Positions 13,895-28,889 of a DNA stretch of 64,000 nt are shown here, piece after piece (position 1 is the stretch's first letter; each line of letters starts with the position of its first letter). The stretch spans positions 216,175 through 280,174 of the forward strand of contig NMRA01000286.1 in assembly GCA_002633005.1 (NCBI GenBank), written 5' to 3'. The position numbers and the translations under genes were made by a program. Below the pieces are notes generated by a model. The model ran no database searches. It saw nothing but the letters and a program-made list of their open reading frames with translations, and was not told where the DNA came from. This DNA comes from Phoronis australis (taxonomy: Eukaryota > Animalia > Phoronida).

Positions 13895-14045
13895 TAAACT
13901 TAACTTTGGTCGTGAATTGTAGTTAACAGGGCAAGTTGCAGTAAATAGTAGGATTTAACGGTAGACCATCGATGTTTCGATGCAGTATAAAAACTTTACT
14001 TTGTTATCATTGGAGTTATCGACAGGTATCATCGTCAACAACGGC
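13895..14045 (-). mobile_element. MITE family A, partial degenerate copy
   Basis: TAACTTTGGTCGTGAATTGTAGTTAACAG...GGATTTAAC...GTTATCGACAGGT aligns with 19630-19760 of the reverse copy. Confidence 0.65.
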
Positions 14046-15786
14046 ACGTGTTGCGGAATATTTGATTTTTTTTCAAATGCACTTCACTTCATTTATTCTC
14101 CGACCATACACGTAAGATACTTCAAAGTTAAAAATATGCAATTGCAAAACAATTACCAAAGTGCCACCTTGTGTTAACTTAAGTGACCCATACAATAAAC
14201 TGCAACAGATAGTCTTGATTGTTTGGTGCAAAAGCCAGTGTGAAGGTTCAGATAACTTCACAGTTTACATTAACACTCCTCTAATAACACAGTTACCAAA
14301 TTACTATGAAAAAACCTTTAGACCTGTACCACAGTAGCTCCACTCCATTGGCTCACTTGGGAGGGATTCCCTGGCTAAGCCCTATCAACCTTCAAGACAT
14401 TGGACTCAGTGAGTCAACAGCAGCCACTGATATTGTTTAGGCATTACTAGATGGCCTTAGCGAGTTTAATTAGCCCAGTCTGAAATAACCATTTACAAGT
14501 AAGCCAACACCAACATGTATAATCTTACTGATATCTAACCAGATCATCTCCACAAGTAACCATGTGCGATATTTTCAAAAGAAATAAGCATGCCATTATT
14601 TTTCGGGCACCAATAGCCACTCAATGTGACCATATTATGCTTTTGATAACTACTTCTTTCCTTTCTCATAAATTGTCCCTCTGTCGAACTATTTTGCAGC
14701 GACAAATAGCAAGCAGCATTAAGGCTAACATGTTTGTTAATTTATCTCATTATAACTGCTGCCAGTTTGCACAGGTAGAGATACTATTCAATAACTCCAG
14801 GGTCATGACCTCATATTTTTACACCTTGTAGACAAAGCAGCAAGTGATTAATAAACTTGTTACAGTAAAACTTGTTTAATTTAGGACGTAATATAGCGGA
14901 CACTAGGAAACTTTTATTTTTTCACACATATTTAATAAAAGATAAGTAACGCCGAATTAGTAACTGCCATTTTCCAGTTATGTACCGCAACCACCGCAAG
15001 ACAAGACTTCCAAAACTGACATTTCAAAACAATGTTAGAAAATCTCAAACAACGAAAAAGGGAAACTTCGGCAATTTCTTTTGTCTGAAATTGGAAAAAT
15101 TCAATAATCAACTAATTTGGATAATACAAAGCCACAGTGTTCCCCATAAAGAAAACTCTCAATAGTTTTGCAATTCCACAAGTATGATGAGAACTAAATA
15201 GGAAACTACAAACAGTTTATAGGATAAAATGCATTATTAAGCACGCTTCATCACCACTTCCTCATCTCTAAAGCATGAAAAACCCACTTGAAGAAAGGTT
15301 TATAATTAGCACGACAAATTGACCAACCCTTCAAGATCTACAGGCAGCGTAATTTAAATCCAAAGAAACGGTCCTTCTAGAACAAAATTAACTATTAAAA
15401 ATGATTTTTTGTAAAATTTCTGAACACAAATAAACCAGGGCTTGATTTGACAACTGGTAAAAATTCCAATTGGTCACAATCATGCTTACATCCCAGTACA
15501 TGCTCAAAATACTGCAGCAAGTAAACAGACAAGAGTCAAGTTTAAGCAGCAAACATTTTTTCATAAAAGATGAGTACGACAACACCAAATAAACATTTGA
15601 TCATTTCTAAAGCGACAGAATAAACCCCCTGTGGCAACAAAGAGTACTTTTGATTTAGACCAGTTTACCCAAGATACAAATCATCTCAACTTGTTCTACA
15701 TTATTTATGAGGAACGACGTGGGCACCAGAACATTACCAGACCATGTTCGGCACACAACAACCCGACAGTGACAACCCATCTCTAT

Positions 15787-16189
15787 AGGCCCTTTCATAT
15801 TGACTTAACTCTGGTCTGAGCGGAGAGTCGACGTAAATAGCGCAGTTAACTGGACCGTTCATACTGGCTTCGGTAGTTAATGACCATCGAAGTAAAGGGT
15901 TGGTGACGCTGATGTCATCGAAGTTATCGCAAGGTAGCACTGCACGCTAAGATTTTTTCAATGTGACAATTCGGAACATTTAAATGTGCTAAATGACATT
16001 AAACTCGTTTTTAAATCGATTGGTTATCCTTAGAGCAAAAAATAAGTAGTTATTAGTGACGGCACTACTCTTTAACTGTTGACGATAACAGTGGCACCTG
16101 GCGATAACTTCGATTGGACCGGAGTTAAGCGTTCATACTGACCGCAACTCCCCAAACCATGACGCGTCGACGTTAGTATGAAAGGCCCT
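15787..16189 (+). mobile_element. MITE family A copy
   Basis: AGGCCCTTTCATATT ... AGTATGAAAGGCCCT, flanked by TAT on both sides. Internally shorter than the other copies. Confidence 0.88.
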
Positions 16190-16641
16190 TATGAAGCTGA
16201 TCTCAGGCAATAAACAATCCAAGCACAAGGATCACCTCTAATCTGAAGGACTTAAGCTCAGATTTATAACAGTGTGTGATTTGCCATGTTTTTTGACTGA
16301 GGACAGGTTATGGTGGCTTTTAAATTCCGCACCGTACCATCCATCAAGCGTTTTCAGACTTTGTGTGCATTCACAGCAACAAACCTCTTCAGATTGACAA
16401 AAAATCAATTTTAGGAAAATATTTTTGACTGAAATTGGTAAGATTATAACCAACACGCTTAATTCCAAAATAAAGCACTTTATACTTTTCCTATAAAACT
16501 GCAATGAAACTATTGCTATAGAGTGTGATTCATTTAACAAACATTTTTACTCTTTAAGAGACTGGTAACCAAGATTGTGTTTTGGATAACATTCAAAACT
16601 GATCCTCAAGGCTTTATTATGGTGGTAGACTAATACACAAA

Positions 16642-17064
16642 AGTCCTGTTTAGACATCAATTTTTGGCCCGGCGCAACTGACACGGAGCAAATTGACCCG
16701 TGTCAAGCGACCGTTTACACACACAACTCACTAACCGTGGCAAGACGGAAATTAAAGGCTGGAGAGACTGGATTGCACATGCGCAGGTTTACAAATGACG
16801 AGAGTTGCAGAGACAAAGAACCCGTACGTAGGTCATTGCACAAACGCAGTACAGATGATCCTTTCCGCCTTACTCCAGTTTCGCGTTTATACTTATAATT
16901 GATATGGCGCAAGATGTTCGGGCGCAAATTACTCTACCTCCCAAACTGGTGGCAAAAATTTGTCACCGCAGTGTCAATTTGCACCGTGTCAGTCCGTTTA
17001 CACACTGGAACAACTTGTTCCGTGTCAGCTGATCTGTGTCAACTTCGTAAGTGTAAACGGCACT
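16642..17064. mobile_element. Harbinger-like MITE (TIR ~AGTGCCGTTTACAC)
   Basis: Imperfect TIR AGTCCTGTTTAGAC / GTGTAAACGGCACT with AAA on both sides. Internal CCGTTTACAC copies at ~16711 and ~16994, plus repeated TGACACGG/CCGTGTCA motifs. Confidence 0.7.
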
Positions 17065-17316
17065 AAAGATACCATACGCATGGATAAGACTGCAGGGGTG
17101 TCCTTATTTTAAAGTTGCATTTCGTCCCGTTAAGCTGGCTAAAAATGAAAATTGAATTGGGCCTACTCTAATAAAATCGGTCTGAATGTCAGTCACATAG
17201 TTCTCTTGTAAGATAAAAAATGAGGAGCTTTTTACGCACTTCCCAACTGGTCTCATGAGAGGCTAACCTACTGTATTGTACAGTTTGAATCTCGCCCAGG
17301 TCTTCAGGCAGAACTG

Positions 17317-17408
17317 CCTCTGTTCAGTAACACTAGGACCTCGCTAAAAAGCAAGACCTAGATTCTAGCTAGGTTCTAGCGTAGGTGCTAGCGTTACAGA
17401 ACAGGAGG
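17317..17408. mobile_element. 92-bp MITE with 3-bp CTG target duplication
   Basis: TIR CCTCTGTTCAGTAACACTAG / CTAGCGTTACAGAACAGGAGG. CTG at 17314-17316 and 17409-17411. Interior made of CTAG-containing repeats. Confidence 0.7.
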
Positions 17409-17489
17409 CTGGGCTACCATCTATGAAGCCTATCAGCTTACACTTCTCCATTTATGGATCAGAAGCAGAAAATTCAATCCCATAATGCA

Positions 17490-17710
17490 ACACTCCAACC
17501 TCAGGTATCAATGAATCCCTTCAGTGGACACCATTTTGCTACCGCAGGCTAGTACTTTAGCTCCCAAGAATACTCACGACTAAAACACTCGTTTTTCACT
17601 TGCGGGGAATTTTGCTAGGTCTTGTGCAATCTTGATTTTCTCGAAAGCACCTAGGTCTGTGGAATGCTCTCCAGTTATACCACACAGAGGTAGGCAGTCT
17701 GAGGTTTGTA
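17490..17710 (+). mobile_element. CR1-like LINE 3' relic
   Basis: Peptides LQWTPFCYRR and QS*FSRKHLGLWNAL correspond to the CR1 C-terminal motifs L.W..L..RR and SFFPR...LWN.LP, in the correct order. Confidence 0.5.
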
Positions 17711-19118
17711 ATATATCATGCTGGGTCTCCGTGGTTTTTCACCTGCAGGACTTAATTATGCAACAACATGGAGATAGTGTTCCACTTCCCTGATGAGCTG
17801 GAAAACTCGCAAGTGACCTACTTTGATTTTTCAAGCATTTTAATTCCTTGTTGGTTCAAATTAGTTCCCTCACTAAAAAGCTGACAGTCATAGATTAAAG
17901 ACAGAGCGTTACTCAATCCATGGTTTGAACTAATAACTGCACTCTTGTTGAAAATAACACTCATTGCTCTAGAAATAGCAATTAAATGTCCAAGTGAAGT
18001 TATTCAGACTGCAATAAATAAAGGTCACCATAATTGATTAGGAAGATTCCACAAATTTGACGTAAATGAACTATATGATAGTGCCATGAGAGACATTTCT
18101 GCTTGTTCACTGAGTTAAAGGATGCAATTAACCCAACATCATGGCTTTACTGATGGAACAACTACAGAGAGAGTTCGTCAAACCTTTGAGACCGCAAGTT
18201 GATGGTTGATACGACACAACTCCAATGCATGCTAACACGTAATTAAGCCCGACCAAACAGATTGGACTATCTATCAAAGCTTGTAATGATCATCTTTCAG
18301 AACAATGACCTCAAGTTGTATATTCATAAGACGTCTTTATCATACAAGAAAAGCTGCCAAGCCATTTCATCCAATGTGAATGTTCAAATCGACAACACGT
18401 AATGAGTATGAATATTCAGCTGTAGCAGCAGCAAAGGCTTTTGCAGGAAGAGCAACAGCACCAATACATTAAGCAGATGCAATGCCACCAGTGGCAACAG
18501 CAGAAATTAAAGACCAATTAATTAATTACTGGCATTCATGTGCAGCCACCTATTGAGAGAAAACAAAACTACAGGGCAAAATCAGTGAACGAGAAAGTAA
18601 ATAAGTATCAGTTTCTAACACAACTCCATAGGTGCAGCTGAACAAACAGTTTAGAAACGTCCCTCGAAGTATCCTTGCAATGCCAACTACACCTACGCTG
18701 CCACGTTGAAAAACAAATAACCTGTTTACGATTTCAATCTTTTAAAAAACAGCATAGGGTAAGTGCCAAACACCTGAGAGTCACCTCTGAAGACTTCTGG
18801 TAATACAGGACTAAGAGATAAACAAAGCAATTGGGCGTCTCTAAACTGCAGGCATAAACTGTGAATAACAACTGAGCACCCTCTAAGGTGAATGGTTCAG
18901 AATAAGGTGAAACAGTGATAACACTGCTTAGAAGTTAATTAAAAGCAGGTTAAATACCATGCTAAACCTACAAGTTAAAGGTCAGCCTAGGACATAGCTT
19001 GGTCAGAACAGTAATTAAGCACTATCTACTGACCAGGAAAGATAGAGTTCATGTTAGAAGGAAAATTATGACTTTTTTACTCAAGACTGACCTTTTGTCA
19101 TTTAAGTTGGTGTGCACT

Positions 19119-19179
19119 ACACACATACACACATACACACACACGCACACACAAACACACACACACACACACACATACA
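19119..19179. repeat. (CA)n microsatellite, imperfect
   Basis: Directly visible. Confidence 0.95.
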
Positions 19180-19549
19180 GTACAGACAGGCGCATGCACA
19201 TACTGACAACAGCTAGATAGACCTGCACTTAGAATGCTCCAGCAAACCTCAAAAGTGCAAATCTACAAGAAGTGTGGATCACACACTTCCACATACACAA
19301 CCAAGACACATACTCTCAAACCCAGGAAGTCAGACTGAACATCAGTAAACTCACGACCCTTTACCAGACAGACCACTTCCTAAGCCACAGTGCTGAAACA
19401 GGAAATAATCATTTACAGGGGTCCAGGATGATGGAAACCAGTTTGATGCCTGTTATTCAGTGGATCAAAGTGGTTCTCAAAATGCAAGACCCCACAAGTG
19501 ACTATTACCAGTGAAACACTGGTATCATTAGTAACTTGGTTTACTTTTG

Positions 19550-20040
19550 AAGCTCTTTCATATTAGCATCGATGCCTCGACGAGTCAATGTTTTGGGGGG
19601 TTGCAGTCAGTATGAACGGTTCACTTGGTTAACTTTTGTCCTGAATTGAAGTTAACAGCGCCAGTTAACTTTTCAGTAAACAGGTGGATTTAACAATGGA
19701 GTTGTGGTGCAGTATGAACAGTCAACTACGGTTCCATCAAAGTTATCGCCAGGTGCCACTGCTGTAGTCAAAAATTGAAGGGCAATGTCGTTGCTAATAG
19801 TTGCTTACACTTTGCTCGCATATTCGCCAATCGAAATAAAAATAAGTTTCAGGTTAATCAGTGCATGTAAATGTTCAACAATTGTCACACTGAATCTTTA
19901 CAAGCAGCGCCACCTTGTCATTACTTCGATGACAACAGCATCACCTACCGTTTACATCAATGTCCTTGACTACCAAAGCTAGTATGAACAGTTTAGTTAA
20001 TTCCGCTTAGACCGGAGTGTAAGTCTATATAAAAGGGCCT
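19550..20040 (-). mobile_element. MITE family A copy, reverse orientation
   Basis: AAGCTCTTTCATATT ... TATATAAAAGGGCCT. Interior is the reverse complement of the 5990 and 59724 copies (e.g. TTTTGGGGGGTTGCAGTCAGTATGAAC). Confidence 0.85.
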
Positions 20041-20164
20041 TCATATTAAACTACGACTGCACATATGATAATTATCACTGAACATGCTATTTTCAATGAT
20101 GACTACTAGTAGCTACTATTGGTCCTCCTAACCAAGTTAAATATATTAGCAAAGTGTCAACTGC

Positions 20165-20262
20165 TAAGTTAACTTGAGTGTTTCCATTAGTTTCGGTAGT
20201 TTAAAGACATCGGAGATATCACTAGGTGATGCTATTGTCATCCAAGTTATGGCAAGGTGCAT
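20165..20262 (+). mobile_element. MITE family A, short degenerate fragment
   Basis: TTCGGTAGTT...GGTGATGCTATTGTCATCCAAGTTATGGCAAGGT matches 15869-15936. Confidence 0.55.
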
Positions 20263-23200
20263 GGCAATATATAGAAGTGACTCCTAGCCAGCTAACAACA
20301 ATGGCCACGCACTTCGCTGTTACAGCCACAAGATTACTTCCAAATACACTAAGTTAAGCGATCCCACTGACAGACATCTGCCTGAACTTTAATGGGAAAG
20401 GTCTTTATTAAGAGTATTCGAGCAGAAAATTATAATATTTCTCAGCAATCAATAAAAGTACATCATCCCAGGTGAAAAACAATGGACTCCTGACCCCCCC
20501 ACAGGAGTCTATCAATGATCGCCAATGACGACTTTCTCACCGCAGTGATGTCATAATGATACTAGTCACATGAGGTTATCAGATATTGGTAAGCGGACAG
20601 ATCTGATCAGAACAAGACTACAGCTTAATGGGCCAGTACATCCCTGTTAAAAACAACAAGTTTCAGTGCATGATTTGTACCCTGCCCTGTGTCACAAGCT
20701 TATCAATACCTACCACACACTACTACGTCAGAGTTTAAATTAAGACCTCCATATTTCACAGTATATGCTTGGCATGTATTATGTTGGTCAGGATACGGTC
20801 GGTGACTTACTGCCCCTGCTGGACAAACCAGGGGGCCAATACGTAAACCTGGAGCATGTTGACCACATGGTAAATCTCAGTACTGCACAGTCCAAGCTAA
20901 TATATTTGGAAAATGGCATAGTTTTACTTTTCTAGAATCCCAAATATAAGCTCAGGCTTCCATTAGCAAACACAGGGCCTGTAAACAGAATATGTGCCAT
21001 TGACGATGACATAAAAAACCAAGTCGTTAGGAGAGGTGGTACCATTTGTGAAGTTTATTTTGAAGATAAGCCAAAAACATGCTGAAATAAGCTATGTCCT
21101 GTTTCTTATTTAAAGCCTTGTTATTGTTTCAGATTCACTAGCTCATAGAAAATCTTAATTATGTCTCCAGAAGTAGGGCCTATGTTTGGAGGCTTGTTCC
21201 TGGAAATTTTCAGGAAGAGTTAATTAATGCAAAACAAATAACTAGGACGAAAATTAAACTGCAACAGTAACATTGGCAAATCTTTTCTTTAGATTATGAA
21301 TAACTGAGAGTTTAACAAATATTTTGAAAAAGCAAAAGATGAACATAAGCAAATCTCAAGAAAATTTGGACGTGATAAAGAGCAATAAGCTTCATAGTTA
21401 GTACTAATTAGTACTAATTACGTGCTAATGGGCATAAATATGCATTCATTCAGGAGGCAGGAAAACACTTCATGAAATTTACACAAATCTGTTGCCACAC
21501 TGGTTCGATATACATTGGACACCTAGAAGCATTACTGAGTTATAGTTCAGATGTGAATGCAAGTGCACAGATATTTGTGTGCCCAGGTAATGACAGTTTA
21601 CACTTTTGAATGATGCAAGAATTCTGACATGTTGCATTAAGTGCCCTGTTGGAAATGTCATCATAAATATGTCTAGTTTGTCAGTATCCTCAAAACTTCA
21701 TGGTTTACTGTATTGATTTATAGTCAAACTTAATGATTATCTATACTTAAATTACTGCTAACCATTCTGCCAAAAGCACCTACCCAAAAACATTGTTTCG
21801 GACAATAAAATACAAATTATTTGCTTACAAATGCCCTTTATTTTCAAATGAGAATGTTGGTCAAAACAATGTTAGAAACCTTTGAAAAAATAAAAATCAA
21901 GTATTTTTTGACTGAAATTGATGATATTCAACCATAAATGCTATTGGCATTTACACTGAACTTGTTACAATCCCACCGGTACTAAAGAATAACTGAATGA
22001 AACAGAAATCAATGAACAAAAATTTCCCAATAAGTCTCAAAAGATGTAATTTTCTCCTGGTTTCTTGTATCATTTGAAGTTTTTGACGAAACTGTCAACT
22101 TCTTACAGAACGAACAAAACCACACATATTCCTCAGTAGTCTTGATATCTTGTCAATATTCAGCTGCACTTCAAAGAAAAAAATACACACAAGGTGCACC
22201 GAGAGACCAGCATTGAGTACAACTTCCATTTCACCAGCATCATTACTTCAGGAGAAAATATACCATATCCTGGTTAGGTAACAAGCCTAATTAATCATCA
22301 GACATACATATTTTGCTAATTGGCAATTAGAATCCATGAGAAACATCAGAAGACTTGGGTTAGGTGAATGTAATATAACTACACAGTCTAGCAGGATTTC
22401 AGGAAATTCAAGATCCCTGCAAGCTAGAAACTGAACCCCGTGCAAATTGATGATATTATTTTAACTTAATTTCATCCAGACATAGATTTCTTTCAGATTG
22501 CAAAGTTACCCCTGACAACGAGGATATCAACCAATTAGTGACGTCATAGCTCAGATTACTTTACAAAAAATTCTATATTACATACCAGCCGACAGGATAA
22601 GTGAAGGTTTAGATCAGGTTGCCCTAAATCTTTTGTGATTGAAGTTTACTTTTTGCGAGCATGACCAAGTCTCAAACCAATGGGGGTGGGGTGGTATTAT
22701 TGTACAAATATCATTTAGATAAGAATATAAAGAACAAACTATGAAAGATTTGCACTAGCCAAACCCAATGCATATTTCTGTGACTTTGATGTCCATAGAA
22801 ATTGTCCGAGCCATATTTTTGTCAATGCGGAAAATGTTCACAACTTAACTATGTTCAAAATTGAAATAACTGAAGCCCATGTTATGCTGGATTAAAAATT
22901 CAACAAACCGAAAATATACTTGTGTTCCACAGACTCCTGGATACTTCCACTGACACCCAGAAGATGGCAGCACACCACACATTGATATACAACATTTATT
23001 ACAGCTGGTTTCTCTATGAAACAATGATAAATCTGCCCATCACTATAGTCTGAAGGTAGGCTGCAAATTAAAATAGATGAAGGCGCCTAATGGCAGGGTG
23101 AATTGTAAAATCAATCCGCATCGTGCCATTCTGAAGGATGCTGTTAGCCGAGACTAAGGGTCATTTTAAAAAGAGTAATTTGCTAGCAACTAACAATCTT

Positions 23201-23832
23201 AATTGAAATGCAACAAATCTAACCTGGAATTGACTGCAAAAACTAGTCATAGAAGCTTTAAGCAGGACTCCTTGTGAACAATGACTAACCAGTGTTGGTC
23301 AAGTTGAGATTACCTAGCTGGCGTCCAAGAGTTGACAGGGCATTTCCTGTTCATTCTTAACCAAAATCATGCGACTATAAAATTCCAATAAAATTCCTCC
23401 CAATACCGGACATAACTGTGCCCATCTGTGGCAGCACCTGAGAAAAGATCGTCTACCTTTGTTGACTAAGACAACCCTTAACGTAACCTTCCTATAGCAT
23501 GAGAGAGTGTATGGTAAATTTCAGTAATTTAGGACACGGTGTGGCTGACAAAGTTATTTCATTTTTTCATTTCTTCATAAAGGATTAGTAACATCAAATA
23601 AAGGCTAACATACTAAAATATCTATATCACAGCTAACGTGCATCAAAAATTCTGACTAATAGTGGGCATTCACAACATTAGAAAATTTTGAAATATTAAA
23701 AGACCAATTCCGACCAATTATTTTTGTCCGAAATTTGCACTTATCGTAGCTAAACTTTGCCCAACTTCAGCACAACAGAAATCTTTCACATAAGACACAA
23801 AGAAAGGCAGGTATTAACGCTTGCTAAAACAC

Positions 23833-23883
23833 ATGTGCAGTTTTTTCTAATGTGCAGTTTTTTCTAATGTGCATTTTTTCTAA
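23833..23883. repeat. 17-bp tandem repeat x3
   Basis: ATGTGCAGTTTTTTCTA units at 23833, 23850 and 23867. Confidence 0.93.
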
Positions 23884-26800
23884 TTCTTTGTCAAGTCCCC
23901 ATTATTGTTTGGAGGGCTGTTCAAAATGATTCACATAAAAATCCCAATGGCACTGGATGTTTGTGTATGAAAGATGTTACGTTTTATTTCATCAACTCTT
24001 TCCTTCTTGCTGAGAAAATCGCTCCTACACTCGAACACTGCTAAAATACACCACATGCTTCATGATTCACTTTTTCCAGATGGTGCAATTCCTGCTAAAT
24101 TTATGCACAACTGTTCACATGGACAGAAACCTGCCAAGGAGGAAGTGATTACCAGAGACACTGGGGCAGAGTTTACACAGAGCTTTCTTTGTGCTGTACA
24201 TGAGCAGAGAAACTTTCTATAACTTCTGCACCTGCAGTTATGCCTTGGGCACAAAGCAATGTGAACACAGTTGCAGTCCAAAATGTTCACTCCTAGATCC
24301 CCATCCCTATCAAAAACTGGCTAAAATGTCTGCTAGTAACAAAAACGGTATGTGGAATGTTGCAAGCGTCACTATTTCTGGTGCTTTGCTGACAGACGGA
24401 GTTACCCCAAAACTGCTAGCGTTTTCACCAGTACTCATGTAATCAGACCACACGCGCAGGGGTAAGAGGCCTTTAGATAATTGCAGGTGAAAATGACCCC
24501 TTCAAGACAGTGTTTCAGCTGGTATAACTCAGAGGCAACACTGGCCATTCTTAATTAAAAAATTCTGTTCAATTACAAACCAACAATCACCTCAATATGA
24601 TACACATACAATGGTGATGCGACAATATGTGGCATCAATCTTCAATGACTTTATGAGCTCTCCACTCCATTTTCAAACTCGAAAAAGGACAATTTTAGGA
24701 CCGTGCCCCACGTCACTGACATGCCCCATGTCATTGGTGTATAAAAATTTGTATTGATGCATCACGAGTGCTTACATCGGGATAACAGGCAGATTAAACT
24801 CACGCCACAACAACACCTCATTTTGATACAGACAATAAAATAAACAACACTATGTTGGTGACTAATCATAGCACTAACAGTAGCATACTATGAAACTATA
24901 GACCTCAAAAATTATTTAATGGCCTCCATTCTAACTCATATATCAAAAAACTAGGGTCTGTCAACTAGTAAAAGTATATATTTTCTGAAAGACAAAAAAT
25001 CAGGGAATATAAAAATATATTTTATATTTATGTACCATTATTATTATTAAGCAAACATCAGTAAATCGAAATTACATTTTTAAGAAAGATACATTAATAG
25101 CAAAATAACCCTATATTTGATTTTTAAGAGACCTTTTTTGAAATGATAGCTTCACCAGTTACCTCAAAAATGCTGTTAGAAATTTTTGATTACTCTTTAC
25201 GTTTGGTTTCTATGACAAATCAACTCGTAAAACAGAAACCATTTTTATAAAACATAGCAGTCTTATTTGTCTTTGTTACACTACGCAAAAATTAGGAGTT
25301 TATATCGAAAATCCTAACAATGTTTTTGAGATTGAGGAATAAATATCGAGTTTGGAAAGTTTTGTTTTCAAGAACTCGTTTTACTAAGTGCAAATTAAGT
25401 TGATTTGCCGAAGCTGAGAAAAAGCCGTTTAAATAGTGAGAGTTAAATATCTCAAGGTATTCGGTGAAAACTTGTTTTCAGTCAATATAACCTATACACC
25501 CCTTAGCACTGTTCATTATTTCAACGTTCACACGCAATGTCAACTGGATTTGCAGGGTGTAAAACGTCTTAATCAGCCAAGTCGATTCCAACAAGATCAC
25601 AGGCAACTAGGTCACCAGCAGTGCCAACATATTAAGTGGGTCAAGCTGGTGTATTGTGGTCCACTTTAAAGTAGGCCAACAATTCATTGTTAGACACACC
25701 ACGTGCTGGGAGACTGATATGAAACACAATTACGAAATAGATACAGAAATTGAGTCGGTGGTAAAAGCACGTCGTGAGCATGAGATAGAAACAGTGAAAT
25801 ATTAAATTACCTGAATTAAGGACTTTGGGTGAGGATTTATCTCTTTTCACAACTTGCTATGTTCATGAACACAAAGCCACAGAGGCGTGAAGCAACTCGT
25901 AGCATTCATTCTCAAAGGTCGTATGCATACAGAAACGCAACTCCCTCAGAATGTAAGGTATGTTTTGCCTTCATTTTCCCCGGCATCTTTCTATCATATG
26001 TGCATGTTGCCGACACAATATCTTGGTGACACGGATAATGAAAGGACTGAGGGTACATACGAGCTGCTCTGTTCCTGGTGGGATATTTAATTTGAGAGAC
26101 AGCCCTGTAACCTTTGACTTCAGATAAGTAGTACGATAAACAAATTTTCACAAGTTGCGCAGTACCAAGGTGGTTCTGCTAAATCTTTTTTTCTCGCTAC
26201 ACGGTATACATCTCATATTTGAAGTTCCCCGAGAATGAAGAAAAGATATTTTGCTAGACTTGTGTGAAATGTTGTGAATACGGCCAATTTTTGTGAATAA
26301 GGTTCAAGATATCCTGTGCAGATGACCAGATGCTGGTAGCTCTGGTACAGAGCCTGGCTATGTCAAAGCATCATTCTGGTGCTGTATACCATTTATGAGA
26401 AAAATGAGAATATAAAAGCTCATCTAAACACCACACTGTGTTCTAAATCTGTTAAATTTTCTGTTTTTTAAACACCCATTCCAATTGAAGTGCTGTGGGC
26501 ATTGAATTGAAGAAGTATGGTACATCACTGTCATAAAACAACAGACAACGATTTATTGTTTGTAGAACTGAAGCCGGAAAAACAACAATTCTGGCAACTG
26601 TTTTCTAATCAAAACAACCAAAGAAATTCCATAGATTGAACGACTTTTTATTTTAATGCAAAACAGCCACACTCGACACTCAACAACGTCATTTAAAACG
26701 TCATTAGTGACACTCGTTAGGAAGATTGGCAAGACGACCACTCTCTTATCAAAATCTCGTTGTATGTAAAATAATGACAGAACATTACTTCTATAGCATA

Positions 26801-28825
26801 ACACCTTTATAAAGCACATATGGTGTCTGTATCGAATAGCCAGGTAAAGCTTACATTAGAGATGTTAAACCACCTGTGCAGGCTCTACCCATGCAATTCG
26901 ACATGTTTAAATTTCCGACAAGATTTTAGCCTTTTTATCCAATAATCAACACATTCTAGTGTTGACACCTAATCAGTGTGCCAAGTCTACACGCAAAAAT
27001 CAATAACCAATCAGAGACATAACAAGCAGAGTACCTTTAACTATAAAGAAAAATGAACTCGGCTTACTCAAAACGAAACATAATGCAGATGTGTATATTT
27101 TACTTGAAAAGACATATCTTGGGGATGATAAAAAACTGATTTCCTTTTACAAGTAGACAGGATGAGTTTTTATACATTTTATGAGCATGCATCAGTGTGT
27201 CTGACATGCAAAGTGTATGATTTCAGGATTATTACGCAAGACAGATGTAATTAACGAACCAATGAGGAAATCTACAGAGGATGATGATGGTAATTAGAAT
27301 GGGGAAATTCATCAGATGATGACTGCTCATTCCAGAACGATCATGTGACCTGCCATCATTGGAAATGACTAGACATTGGAGTCGCATCAAAGAGAGCAAT
27401 AATTAGTGATGCCTTCCTTGATATCCAGCAATTATGATATAGTCAATTTCTACATGGACAACATAACGCCTTCAAGCTGGTCTAGAAAACGGTATGAAAA
27501 TAAATTTCGCTTCACAAACTGCTAACATTCCTAAACGAATGCGATGCTAGTGTTAAATTTCTAATTTTATTTTCTGTGGATTTCATATCATTTCCACTTA
27601 ATTTTAATTAATAACTTAACAAACGAATCGTAATCAGTTTGGTCAAAATATATTCTCAACTTTTGCTCTTTCAAAATACTACAATTTTTTAAAATAAATT
27701 TCACATGAAGCTGGTATAACCCAAGATATTGTGTAAAAAATCAACTTAATACAAATGCGAAATTGTTCTTCCAAAACTTTCTCATGCCTCCCCCCACCCT
27801 GTGACAAGCAACTTAATGGGCCTTGGGTCCATTTCATGAAAACCACTTCGGACTTCAGACGGAAATTTGGTCTTACGCACCCACCATTTGCTGAAAAAAG
27901 ATGTAGTCCAGTAATTATGAGGCTATCACAGTCGAGAAATAATTTGAAAAAGTATCTCAGTGACTAGCACTTATCTGTACATTTATCGTTAAAACGTTAA
28001 ATTATGATAGCTATTCGGTATCAATCATGTTAATGAAGAAGTTAAGTTCTACTCAACATTTACTTTTGTTGAGAAATTTGCCAAAATTCCTCGTGACCAT
28101 CATGTATATGCTCAAATTGAAAAGTGTTCACTCTTTCTATATCAATGAACAGAATCCTGTCATCCTAACGACTCATAATTTACAACTTCTGAAGAAAAGT
28201 GTATCCTCAATCTTTTCTCCTCGCTAACTGTGCACAAATAATTTTTCATACAACAATCAAGAAATGATAGAAAAGTGATCGTTTTGGCAAAATTCCACAA
28301 ATGGAGTGTAAATGTCACAATTTGACTCTGGAGGCTCAAAAGTTGAGCATTACATTCTATACAAAAACCCAATACATTGATTATTTACCTATTTAACTTC
28401 TCAAGAAAACAAAGAATAAAAAACTTTTAATCTGTTATTAGTTTGGTTAAACTTGTATCATGTAGAGGATGTAAACAACACCTGGTTAAGTTTGTAATAT
28501 TTGCAGCAAAGTAATCACTCTTTGAAAACTTATAAACAGACAATTTTGGCTATCATTTCTTACACCAAAGATTTGCCTATACCAAGGCAATGACTAAGCC
28601 TACAACATAAAACAATAAAATGGATAAATCAAATACTACATCGACTTTATACTGTCTCCTCAGAGAATGATAAACTTAAAGACCAGTACTTGAGACCATT
28701 AAGTGTTTGCCCGAAACCTCATTCAGTAAACGCAGTCTTCAGTTGGTCAATAGAACAAGTTACTCCTGAAAGGAGCTGTCGCTACGTTTAGAAGTGTGAA
28801 TGCTGTCAATACTGGGGAGCTTGAC

Positions 28826-28889
28826 ACACGTGTGACAACTTACCCCACACATGTGACAACTTACCCCACACATGACAATTTACCCCACC
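28826..28889. repeat. 21-bp tandem repeat x3
   Basis: ACAC(G/A)TGTGACAACTTACCCC units; the third has a 2-bp deletion. Confidence 0.92.

Noticed and set aside
17790-17815. Hammerhead ribozyme (CTGATGAG...CTCGCAA)
   Set aside because: The GAAA box is GCAA, stem II does not pair in register, and no stems I or III are apparent.
21398-21417. 20-bp perfect palindrome TTAGTACTAATTAGTACTAA
   Set aside because: Explained by tandem duplication of a self-complementary AT-rich 10-mer inside a decayed repeat.
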